Source of the DNA: Callorhinchus milii | Taxonomy: Eukaryota | Assembly: GCF_018977255.1 (NCBI RefSeq) | Contig: NW_024704742.1 | Span: 26,724,001 to 26,788,000 of the forward strand | DNA length: 64,000 nucleotides | Reading direction: 5' to 3' | Shown: piece by piece, positions 12,070 through 24,000 of the stretch | Layout of the letters: each line of letters starts with the position of its first letter | Position numbering within the stretch: position 1 is the stretch's first letter | Notes under the pieces: model-generated | Seen by the model: the letters and a program-made list of their open reading frames with translations, nothing else | What the model was told of the DNA's origin: nothing | Databases searched by the model: none | Translations under genes and position numbers: made by a program

Positions 12070-12420
12070 AGACAGAGTTCCATGAATGCCATCTACACAT
12101 GGAAATTCCCATATCTGAAATGGAATACACACTTTCACTTTGTAGGGAATGCATCCTGCTACCTAAATTCCAGAGAGTATTAGGCACAGGCTCGCAAGAG
12201 CCAAGGCTTTGGGAACCCAGAGTGCACAGTGTTTAACCATGTAGTTTGCCATTGAGAGCATTGGTCTGGCAAGTTTTCTGCTACTTGTATACCTAGACAA
12301 ACCTACCTGTTAGGGATTTGACTTGCTGGGTTAACAGGACCTGAGTGGGAAGAATCCATGATTCAACTGACTGGTCTGCCCCTCCAAGGCTACCAATAAG
12401 CCAGACTGGCTGGTCTGTCA
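12070..12420 (+). repeat. Old unclassified dispersed repeat (other copies about 23740-23930 -, 28620-28800 -, 35230-35630 -, 53000-53125 +, 55150-55210 +, 56570-56990 +)
   Basis: Shared motifs across copies: ccatgcttaagagtat, ggaatgcacactct..cctgcttacctaa, gggttaacaggagctgagtggga..gactggtctg..ccaatgagcca. Confidence 0.65.
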
Positions 12421-13808
12421 CCAACAACAATTTGCATTTATATAATGCCTTTCACGCTGGACAGAAGTAGAAATTGCAGCACCAATCCATCTTGCAATTA
12501 TTGTAGTTAAGAACCCATCCACCCCACCCTCTAAGTGGTTTGATCTGACAGGGTCCCTGTTGCATTGTCCATGTTAACAATCAGAGCACCTTGATGCTGT
12601 TCCTGTGACCTGACATCTCCTCAGTATCTCCTTGATGCCATAGCCAGTATGAGAGTCACTTGTGGAAGACTGGCCACAACACTGCATGTCAGAGCAGTCA
12701 TGTTCTGTGCCCTCACACAACCCTGCGATCCAGAGCAGCTCTTTGCAGACGAAGTGGCCGGAGATGATGAAGCACAAATAGTGCAATCATTTCCTCTTGG
12801 GTTTAACAAAAGTAAAAAAATTGAAGGTTTCTGAATATCTTAAAAAAAAAATTGGTTGGGGGTAAAACTGAAAATCTGTGCTGGAACATGTTGTTGTCTT
12901 TATATGGTGTTTGCTCTGTGATCATGTGTGTTAGCTTGACTGCTTAGAGGTGAGGGCACCACTCAATCGGTAGCACCCTCAACTGTAAGTCAGGTTGTGG
13001 ATTCAACTCCATTTCGGTCCAGACCAACACTTCAATACAGTGCTTAAAATTTATAAGTCTTGGTGATGTGATGGCAGGATTGGATTTCCCATTACAAAGA
13101 CACACGACTAAGGCACAATTAAAGATGATATGGCCCCAGAAGGTCTGTAAATTTACCATCCTTCAGGGAAACTCCCCTTCGTGTGCCTAAGGGGTAAGAG
13201 TTCAAATGCAACGTAACCGGCAAAGCCAAAAAAAAGGAATGTTAAGTATTGGTTTATTTCACCCCCCAAATAAACAGTCAATTTACAGTATATTCTGTGA
13301 AGCGCATTGAGAGCTCTCAACGACATGACAAGGTGCTAAATCAAATGCAACGATTATTACTATTATTTATTTCAGAAAGTTTTGAATTTGCCTACTAGCA
13401 CACAGTCACTACGCTTCACAGTAAAATCTTGTGAGCTGGTTTGTGATGTCTCGACGTAATAAGGTGCTAGAACAAATGGAAAGATTTTTCTTTATTATTA
13501 CAACATTTGTGAGGTCTGTCACAGTGCAATTACTGAATCCGTTTTAAATGTCATTTTCTAACAGAAGCACTGGAAAACATAAACCTCCAGGAGTAAGCTC
13601 TGTGACCACTTATCAGAAGAGGACTTGAAATGAATTTATTGAAACTTTGAAGTGGAAGCAAGCTTGTGTTGCAAACCGCCGTGGCCAACATCTTCCTGTA
13701 GAGACCTTGGTGCCTTCAAGATAAACAGTGCTGTTAATCCTTTCAATCTTCTTATTGTTATTGTGATCTGAATGACTCTGTTACGCTTAGCTCTGTATTT
13801 TTACACTT

Positions 13809-14131
13809 TAATAATAATAATAATAATCCTTGCATTTGATATGGCGCTTTTCACGTCGGGAGGACGTCCCAAAGCGCTTCACAGAACACACTGTAAAGTG
13901 AATTGACTGTATATTTGTGGGTGAACGCGGCAGCCAATTGCGCACAGCAATGTCCACAAACAGTCGTAGATTGAAAATGACCAATTTTTATTATTGTTTT
14001 TGGTTTTGGAGGGATTATTATTAGGCGTGTGGAGTAAGGAAACTTGCCCAAGGTTTCGCCCTGACCTGCCTGGAATTGAACTCGGGTCTCTCACTTGCAA
14101 AGCGAGTGGTCTAACCACTGAGCTACAGGAC
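13809..14131 (-). mobile_element. tRNA-derived SINE, young short variant
   Basis: Full head-to-tail match to the window's SINE family. Confidence 0.9.
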
Positions 14132-14859
14132 ATTTGGAGGTTTTTGAAGGCAGGGGGAAAGGAAGCAGGCTTTCTATTTCTGATCTGACTAAAATAGAAA
14201 TGGAGTTAATCTATTCTCATGTCCTAGGACACAATGAGCATCTGAACTGACAATTAGCAGCCGGTTTGTGTTTAAGCTGAATAGGGACGTTAATTAATGT
14301 AGGCCCTTTGCTTTGTTGTCCACCTTCAAATTCAGCACCCGTTCTAATATTTATATGGTCTTAAACTGACAGTTTCCGTTTTACAAATTGCATTATCTAT
14401 GGTGAAATTTACAGCTGATGAATCAATATTCCCAAATCACCAATGGCCACAAAGGGACCTGATAGCAAAATATTGGATGCTACATTCAGGAAGTTTTAAA
14501 CTGACACTGCAATTTGCAGGTTTAAGTTTAAATTTAAGTTTATACCAGAGGAGCACAAGAAAACATTCCCAATTCTCGAATTTTTTTTTCAGGTCTTTTT
14601 TTTCCACCATTTAATCAAGCGCTCTAAGACACTGCCCTGTGTGAGAACGGTTATATAAGTGCAAGCTGCTGTTGCTGTTGTAATCTATTCCACACAGTTT
14701 TCAACCTAGAGGTTTGATATTCCAATCAGCGTGACTGCTGTCGAGGCAACTGCTTGGAGATGTATCCAGTCCCTTGGGTGACTCGAATCAGCACCTCCAC
14801 AGATAATACAGCCAAGATGGGGAACTTCCTGTTTTGGGCAACTATAAGGAACCTTCTAC

Positions 14860-15182
14860 TGGAGTCCTGTGGCTCAGTGGTTAGAGCACTCGCTTTGCAA
14901 ATGAGAGACCTGAGTTCAATTCCAGGCAGGACGAAACTATGGGCAAGTTTCCTTACTCCACACGCCTAATAATAATCCCTCCAAAAAACAAAAAACAATA
15001 ATAAATTGGTCATTTTCAATCTACGACTGTTTGTGGGACATTGCTGTGCGCAATTGGCTGCTGCGTTCGCCCACAAATATACAGTCAATTCACTTTACAG
15101 TGTGTTCTGTGAAGCGCTTTGGGACGTCCTCCCGACGTGAAAAGCGCTATGTCAAATGCAAGGATTATTATTATTATTATTA
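14860..15182 (+). mobile_element. tRNA-derived SINE, young short variant
   Basis: A box tggctcagtgg, B box gttcaattcc, anticodon-like ttgca, (att)n tail. Confidence 0.9.
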
Positions 15183-16464
15183 CTGGTCTGTTAGTATATC
15201 CTCTGCTCTGCTGCCTTATACCTAATCCTTTGTTCACTCCAAATATTGAACATAAATCCTGTACAAAACTGTGTTGGTAATAGCCAGAATAAAACAATGG
15301 ATTCCCCATCCAAGCTACTGACTCTTGCTATTCACACAATGTAATTGCGATTGTTTTGCCCTCATCAGTGTTTCTGAGCAAAACGTGAATGAAGTAAATG
15401 AAAATGTGAAGAATTACTCTGAGGTTTTATTGAGTTTGTCTAATATTTACTAAAATGGCTCCTGAAAAGCAGGCCAATCATAAAAAAAAGTGTTCTCAAC
15501 AGAAAGCTTGTTTTGGTCAAAGAGTATTCACTTACATCTGTGCCCTTTACTTGATTCCAAAGCTGAATGACTGGAACTGGTTACCAGGAAAGCGTGATTG
15601 TGGCCAGGACGTCTGCGTATTTTAAAAAAAAGTTCATTGCTGCGGTGTGGGAGGATGGCAAGAGAGCAGATAAAATTGGTCATTCACTTTGTGGCTGTTT
15701 GTGGAAAATTGCTGTGCACAAATTAGTGTTTGCCTACACAACCACATGGTAACTGCAAGTTGCAGTAAAATCCTGGGAGGCACTTTGAATGTCTCAACAA
15801 CGTGCTAAGGTACTATATCAAATGCAAATACAAGGATTATTATCAGGTGCTTAGGATGTGGAAAACATCAGAGTCAAGCCTGATTCTGTTTACAACATCC
15901 CAAGAGAGGTTTGGATGAAGAAGGCCAAAGCTTGGCTCATTTATTTTCATCCTTCCTTTAACCTCACCCCACCATTCCCCCATTTAAAAAAAAACAGCCT
16001 CAAGTTTTTTTTTAAGGAATCCAGTGTCCTAACCACAATCACCCTTCATGGTAACCAGTTGTTAATTATCTCTGGGTAATTAATGTCCCCCTGATGTGAA
16101 AGGAGCTAAATAAATATAAATTGTATTGTACAATAAAGAAGTTTGCAATCCTAAACTGGTGCTGCCTCATTAACAGGCTGCTGGCGCTCAATTAACAATT
16201 AGGGCTGGAACTTCGAACAACCCTGATTGGAGTCCAGCCCTTCTTAGCGACATTGGTTGAGCCTTTTGTTTTTTAAAACAAATTTTAAAAAAACACTCCT
16301 TTACACGTAAGTAGAGTGTCTGTAATAATAATAATACTTGTATTTGATATAGAGCCATATCACGTCTTTGAGATGTTTCAAAGCATCTATATCCATAAAA
16401 AGTCACAGGGTTTATCCCGGCCTGTCACAGGAAGACAATTGATGAAATCCTACCACTTAGCACT

Positions 16465-16612
16465 CAACAACAACAACAACAACAACAAGATTCCATATAT
16501 AGAGCGCCTTTCATGTCGGGAGGACGTTCCAAGGCGCTGGACAGTTGGGTCAGGACCCGAGCAGGGGGGAAATGGTCAAGGTGAGGGGAGGGAAGGGAGG
16601 AGGGGGTAGAGA
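16465..16612 (-). mobile_element. L2 LINE 3' end
   Basis: Nearly identical to the L2 3' end at 32225-32370; (caa)n on + strand is the (ttg)n tail. Confidence 0.85.
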
Positions 16613-17899
16613 ATTACTCGTGAAGCTGTGGTATGCCGGGCACTGTCGCCTGCATTGCCCTAACACAATGTGCCCTGGGCCAGTTTAACACAACGGAGTA
16701 CATTCTGTGAATGATTCAGACCCAGTTGTAATCGTTAAGTTGGCAATGTCCACAATGCAAATGGCCATGCAAATAGCAAATAACCGGCATCTGCACCAAA
16801 CGGTTGACTTTAAAGATACATTCAATGAAAATGTCCATTTTGACAACGTTCAGGTACATCAACAACAAAAGCTGTCTTTTACGGAGTAGCCTTCATGTAG
16901 ATGGTTGGGTATATAGTGTACGTGTATCGGTTTGTGTTTGCGAGGTTTCCGGGCATGTGTTTGGGTAAAAATGTGCGCATACGGTGCACATCGGGGCGCC
17001 ATCCGAAAGCGGCAAGTGGGCCTTATCAGGGTGTGTGTGGGCGCACACATGGATGTAGTGCACACAGGGGAGATTCCCAACTGCCTTAAAGGAGCGTCCC
17101 CCAAAAAATGTGTGCACAACCTGCGTGCTGTTAACCTGTCCACACTCCCCACTAAGAGGGCAGGGGTGGGGAGGGGTGTACAAGACCCCATTTGTAACTG
17201 TGCCCTGCAAAGGGTGGCAGAACCCCGAGGCAGGGAAGCCTTGATCCCTTCACCAACGTGGAGGAATAAACAGAGGCCACCCCACCACAAGGGGCCGGGT
17301 CTGTTGTGCTCTGTAACTGGATAATAACATGTTGTGTCTTCTTTTTCTGTAACGGGTTTGATACTGTTTGAGACAAGAGTAAATATACATCAACAAATAA
17401 ATATATATTTTGTGAAAAAAAACTTAATGTAGATAATGTCTCAGAGCACCGGGTTACAAAAGGGTTATTTTCTCAAAATGAAGAGTCAAGAACATGATTT
17501 TGTTTCAAGATGCCATTAGTTCACAAACACAATTAGGATTTATCTTGGATTTCATTGAGAAGGGTTTTGGAAAACAGTTGTTTTTTTCTCTCTGTAGTAC
17601 ATTCATTTGAATGTACTACAGAGAGAAAAAAATAACTGTTTTGTGTTCCCAGTGTGTGTTCCCAGTGGTTTATAAAGAATATCGAATTTGATTCTGTAAT
17701 CAAAGCTTGAGGTAAAGCTTTGTTTATCAGGAATAACCCAGTTGTCCAAACATAAGTTTGGAACGTATAAATCAGACACACAGCCATCAATACTAGCTCA
17801 TTAACTACACCTAGCCATCAAAGTATAGAAGGCAGTTTATATTTTCTAGAAATTTGTTGAAAAACACATCTTGTTAAAGGTATATGACTTTAAAACAAG

Positions 17900-17960
17900 G
17901 ACAGATAGCAATCAGATGTGGTTTTACATACGTAGGCGGAAACTGTGAAGCAATGTGACT
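17900..17960 (+). promoter_or_regulatory. Putative proximal promoter of gene B (GATA, E-box, RUNX and ETS-like motifs)
   Basis: agatag 17903-17908, cagatg 17913-17918, tgtggtt 17917-17923 and cggaaa 17937-17942, about 70-110 nt upstream of the ATG. Motif match only. Confidence 0.4.
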
Positions 17961-18014
17961 TACTGCCTTATCAATACATTGTGTGCAGATACAGCAGACT
18001 CGCATACTGCCAAC

Positions 18015-18090
18015 ATGCAGTTGAATCCCTATTATTTAATGTTCATACTGATGCTCCATCACATACATCTTCTAATCCCAATTGCTGCAG
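18015..18090 (+). CDS. TMIGD2-like: Gene B exon 1: signal peptide [25 protein letters not shown]
   Basis: gccaacATG Kozak-like context, hydrophobic core ending in AA, phase-1 donor GCAG|gtaaaa 304 nt before the V exon. Confidence 0.8.
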
Positions 18091-21000
18091 GTAAAATACA
18101 AGCATTGTTTCTTCTGAAGTTATTTTGTCCAAAGTTGTACAGATGTTTATAGTGATAAGATATAATGAGGCTGTTAATTGAACCAAGGATATTGAAATGT
18201 AATCATTATTTCCCTTATGATCAAATTGAACTTTTTAAACATTGTTTGAGGTGAACCTTGAGTTTCTATTACATTAATAATTGTCATTCTTGTCTCTTCT
18301 TCCTGATATAGTTCAGTGTTTCTGTTTTTGTTTCTGAAGGGAAAGTGAGGCTGTATCTATTTACAATGATTGGGTTATTTCTTTTCCTTGACAGAGACCA
18401 CATTTCGGAATAATATCTCTCAGTCGCCTGCAGAAATCGAGGCAGTTGAGGGTGATTCTGTGACCATGACATGCTCTTATAAGAGAGACCAGAAGTTTGA
18501 AAGCATCAGGGTGGAATGGACCAAAGAGTCACAACTAGTCCTGACGGGAACCAGTTCAAATCTGAGTTTGAAATCCACAGACAGATTCTCCCAAGTTATC
18601 CGGGAATCAGGAGCAATACTGACAATTAAAAACATAAATCTGAATGATACGGGACTTTATCTGTGTAATGTTATTGTTGAGATACCAATACTTCTTAAAG
18701 TCAATGGAAATGGAACAAAACTGACTGTGCAAGGTAAGCAGCCTCTTAAATTATAAAAGTGTACAATTTAGTATTTAAGATTGCTCTTAATAATTCTTGC
18801 ATTTGATATAGAGTGCTGTAACTGTATTTTGTGGGTGAACCAATTTCAAAAACAGCCATGAAGTGAAAGATTAATTTTATTTTGGGGTTTGTTGGTCAGG
18901 ACTTCGGTAGAAACTCTCTTCTCTTTTTAAATTACGCCATGGAATCCTTGATATCCGCCTCAAAAGACAGTTGGGACTTTGGTTTACTATCTCATCGGAA
19001 GGATAATAGCTGATTGTTTGCCGGTGGGATACTTGTTCAGCCAGGCATTATAAAAAGGATGGCCTTTTTGAATGGCACGGTTTGGGGGGAACGTGATAAA
19101 GGTTGAAATAGAAATCACTTTTAAACAAAATGTCTCTTTCTAAATAATGACAAACTATTTGGGAATTTACAGTATAGTAGAGAATTCCAGCAATTTGCAA
19201 CAGTATGATTTTAAATTGTGATTTGTGCACAGTATCATGCAGTTTGAATTTACAGTATAATTCAATTTGTGGAATGAGTGATATGCTGGAAACCAAATGA
19301 CTATTTCATGTGCATGAATTGAAGCAACAAACTAAATTTGGCATTTCTTTTGGAGAATAATAAAATTAATCCTTGCCTTTAATATAGCGCCTTTCATGTC
19401 AGGAGAATATCCCAAAGCAAAGTGTAAAGTGACCGTGTAATTTGGTGGCTAACTCAGCCGCCAATTTGCACACAGCATTGTCTCACAAAGAGCCGCAAAG
19501 TGAATGACCAATTTTATTTGGGGGATTGACACCAAGACACCAGTTGAAACACCCTTCATTTTTCATATAGTGCCAAGGGAATTTTAACACTCACCTGAGT
19601 AAGTAATTGGAACCTCTGTTCCAACATCTCATTCAAAAAGCAAGACTTCTAATAATGCTCCACCAGTGGATCGGAGTGTCAGCCAATAGCAGGATTTTAA
19701 AGTCCCGACATGGGCCTAAACCCAAACTTTCTGACTCAGAGACAAAAGTACTATCAACTGAACGAGGCCCTCTAATTTTTCCCTCATTTTCCAATTGTCC
19801 TCAACCTCTTTGAGGCTCTGGCCTTTTGTAAGCAGAAGACCAGTCATTCATCTTATTCTCAGTCCCCTGTTCCTAGTCCCCGTTGTTGTTGTTTTCAAGT
19901 CATATTAAATATGAGAACTGTGAAGAGACTTTCCTTCCAGTTTGCTCTCCTTACCTGTGGGAGTTTTGAGGCTTCTATTTGTTACCTACTCATACTGTTA
20001 CGGCTACCATTAGTATTCCAGTGGTGTGGAGAAATCAAACATGTGGCCCATCACTCAGTGACATGACAGAGCTCTGAGGCAGGGTGCTCCTATCGTCTAC
20101 ATCTATTTTGTGTTATGGATAGATGTTCCCTGCTCCGTCTAAGGAACATCAAGCACATGTTTTTTTAATTGATGCAGAAAGACAGGAAATGAAGCTCTTT
20201 GAGTCATCCTCCTGACGTGAAAGATGCTATACTAAATGTTCCATTTTAGATAAATGTGACAAATGCCATCTTTTTTTGCTCGTGTTTTTTTCCCAAACTT
20301 TAAGATACATCTTAAAATGTATGCAATTGCACAGATACAATAGGCCAAGTACCCTCCTTCTGTGCTGAAATATAGTCAATCCACTTTACAATAGCGCTTT
20401 GAAATATCTCAACGACACGAAAAAGCTCTATATCAAATGCAAGGATTATCATTATTGTCTCCATGTGTGTGTCTGGGAGTACTTGAAGCCAATGAAGTCC
20501 TGTAGCTCAGTGGTTAGAGCACTCGGCTCGCAAGCGAGAGACCCGGGTTTGATTCCCGGCAGGGCAAAACCTTGGGCAAGTTTCCTTACTCGACACGCCT
20601 GACAATAATCCCTCAAGAAAAAAAACAATAATAAAATTGGTCACTTCAATCCATGACTGTTTGTGGAACACTCCTGTGTGCAATTGGCTGCTGTGTTTCG
20701 CCCACAAATTTACAGTTTATTCTGTGAAGTGCTTTGAGACATCTAGAAGACGTGAAAAGCACTATATCAAATGCAAGGATTATATTATTATATTATATTA
20801 TATTATTATAATTACAATTCAGTTATATGTCTGCGTGAGAAATTTGATTCCGACTCCACAAAACTTCTCTGAGTGAGCGCTAGGGGTGCAATTTTTGGGG
20901 ATCTGTCCTTCGGACAAGAAATTAAACTGAGGACCTCTATGCCTGTTCAGGTGGACGTTGAAGATTTCATGGCACTATTCAAAAAGATAAGAGTTTATAC

Positions 21001-24000
21001 TGGTGTCCGGGCCAACAATCCTCCAAATAAATTTTGCAGCATTTCTCCCAGCGCTGCTTTGGATTTATCAACCCGAGCTCAAAATCCTGATCTACCCACA
21101 GCATCCCGACTCAGAGGCGAGAATTGTACAAACTGAGCTATAGTAATGGGAAGGTGCTGGTCTGTGTATTATAATAATAATAATAATCATAATAATAGAA
21201 TCGTAAAATCGTAAAATCATAAAATCGTACAGCACAAAAAGAGGTCATTCTGCCCATCGAGTCTGTGCCGGCTCTTTGAATAGAGCAATGTAATGTCAAT
21301 CCCACTCCCCTGCCCTTTCCCCATAGCCCTGCAAACCCGTCCTCCTCAAATACCCGTCCACTGCGTTTTTGAAAGTAGTTATCGAATCAGCCTCCACCAC
21401 CCTTTCAGGCAATGCGTTCCAGATTCGAACAACTCACTGCGTGAAAACATTTCTTCTCACCTCCCCTCTGCTTCTTTTAGAAACTATTTTGAATCTGTGA
21501 CCTCGAGTTACCGACACACCCACCAGTGGGAACAGGTTTTCCCTTTCTAACCTATCAAATCCCCTCATGATTTTGAAGACCTCTATTAGGTCTCCTCGTA
21601 ACCTTCTCTGCTCCAATGAGAATAATCCCGGCCCCTCTAGCCTTTCCTCATAATCAAGGTCTCTAGCAAGTAGATAGCAAGCAGTGTAACCTGGTGTCAA
21701 GGAATATCTGAGAAGAGTGGACCACTTGCTAACCGCATTGCCAGACGCCATTACCCGCGATCCACCAATCGATTGACAAGTGCGTTTCCACTTACTGCTA
21801 AGCAAACAGAGCCATGTGGTTTACTTAGAAGGAAACGTGCCCCACTCAGGAATCGAACCCAGGTCCTCAAAGTTGCATTTGATATATTGCTTCATCCTGT
21901 CTGGTTAGTGCAGTTCATTGCAATTAACTGCAATTCAGAGCTTCTATTCTTGTGTATTTCCTGTCTCTGCCCTTTCCGCGTTACTTTATCAGAACTTAAT
22001 AAAAGGGCATTCTTACATGCCAAGCAAGGCAATATAAACTTAAACAAAGTAGGTAAAACCTTTTCCTCCAGTTCTACGTAACCCGAGAGAAGCACAGAAA
22101 TTGCATTCAAATAAACCGTTAACTGTTGATTACCTTTGCTTTCTCGGAAGTTAAACAGCGATTATATTACATTATTTTCACATATTTTTTAAATAATGTT
22201 TCTCATAGTCTGAAATAACATGGAATGATGGTGGCAATTTTAATTAATACTTGCATTTGATATAACGCTGTTCATGTCTGGAGGATATCTCAAAGCGCTT
22301 CACATCATTTACTGTAAAGTGTAGGTAAATGTGGCAGCCAATTTGAAGGTAAATGTGGCAGCCAATTTGCACACACCAATGCACCACAAACAGCCATGGA
22401 GTGAATGACCAATTTCTATCTGTAGGATTGTTGTCCGGGGCACTGGGAGAAACTTCCTTCCCTTTAAGAGAAGTGCCATGAGATCTTTAACATCCTCCTG
22501 AACAGGCAGACGGGATCTCAGTTTAATGTCTCATCCGAAGCACGGTATTTACAATAATTGCATTGGAGTGTCAGCATTTACGTTCAAAATCCCAATATGG
22601 GGCTTATTTAAATGCAATGTTTGTGCTTCTCTCGGGTTATGTAGAACTGGAGGAAAATGTTTTACCTACTTTGTTTAAATTTATGTGAGCCAGTCTTCTG
22701 GCTAAGAGGCGAGGGTGCTACAAACTGAGCCAGGCTGAAACCTAACTGCGTTGTAATTAGGAACAGTCTTGAATTGTAAATGTTACCTCTCTAGTGGAAT
22801 GCCTGGTTCTGACCCATTTCATTTTCATAATTGGAAGTAACTCTTGTGAGATGTGTTTAGGATTTATGGTACATATTTTTTTGTCTATCTGCCTAAATTT
22901 TCAATTGTATCCTTTGCTGTTGTGAACTACTATTCAGTAAAGAAATTGGTCCATTTAATTCCTCACGCTTCTGAGTCAGAATGTTGTGGATTCAAGCAGC
23001 TTGTGAAGTGCTCCTTTGTCAGAGGTGTCATCCTTTGGATGAGATGTTGAACTGATGTCCCGCCTACCTGTTCAGGTGGACGTTAAAGCTCCCATGACAC
23101 AATTCAAAAAGAGAAGGGGGTTTCTCCTAGTGTCCTGACCAACAATCCAACAGATAAAATTGATAATGTGGGATATTACTGTGCGCAAACAAGCTTCCGT
23201 GCTCACGTAAAAAACAAGTCACTATACCTTGCAAAAAATCCTGTGAAGAACTTGGAGGACTACAGTGACATGATAAGGCGCTATATCAAATGCAAGGGAT
23301 ATTATTAAACATTGTGTTTACTTTCCAGTAATGTCTAAGAATTTTCAACTTGCAATTTTTGTAAGAAAAATACAGTAGCACTAAAGCATATTTAATGAAT
23401 CTTTGGCTGTTTATGTTCTCTTAATGAAATATTTTTTATTTCTTTTCAATTTTCCATAGAACGCAAAGAAAAAAACTGGTCTTTAGTGGGATGTGTGGTT
23501 TTGGTGGTGGTGATACCAATCATCGCAGTTTTATACTATAAGAGAAGATGGAAAAAACATCCAGAAACACAAGGTGTGTAACTGAACAATATTTTCAAAC
23601 AAAAGATGTGTTCGATAGGACTTGGAGGGGCAGATCGGTCATTGGGGGCAGAGATTCTTTGCATTTCTTCATCTTAACTCTGGAAGCCCCAATGAGTAGG
23701 GTGATGCTAAATGGACAAGCAATCACTCTTGGGTGGCCAAATCTTGGCCAGCCTTCACCAGCCTGCACTTAGTACTCTTTGGAATTACGTTAGCAGGTTG
23801 TGTCCCTCCAGCAAGAGTGTGCAAGCACAGGGAAATATCCATACGTTAATGGAAAACATATGTGGAACTCTCAGTCTAATTTAGATACTCTTAAACGTGG
23901 TGACGGGTTCCACATGAATTTCAGACTGAATAACTACTGCAATTGCTGTACAAAGAGTTTCATTTACACACAGGTTTGTGTCACAGACATTTGCCCCAGC

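Noticed and set aside
14860..14935. tRNA-Ala-like gene (A/B boxes, ttgca loop)
   Set aside because: It is the SINE head and continues directly into the SINE body in every copy.
16859..17324. GC-rich stretch with overlapping 100-140 aa ORFs on both strands
   Set aside because: No recognisable domain or splice structure; the ORFs are explained by base composition, probably an old transposon remnant.
4848..18733. V segments of a rearranging Ig/TCR locus
   Set aside because: The J-like GNGTKLTV is germline-fused and followed directly by a splice donor; no heptamer-spacer-nonamer RSS and no C-domain exons were seen.
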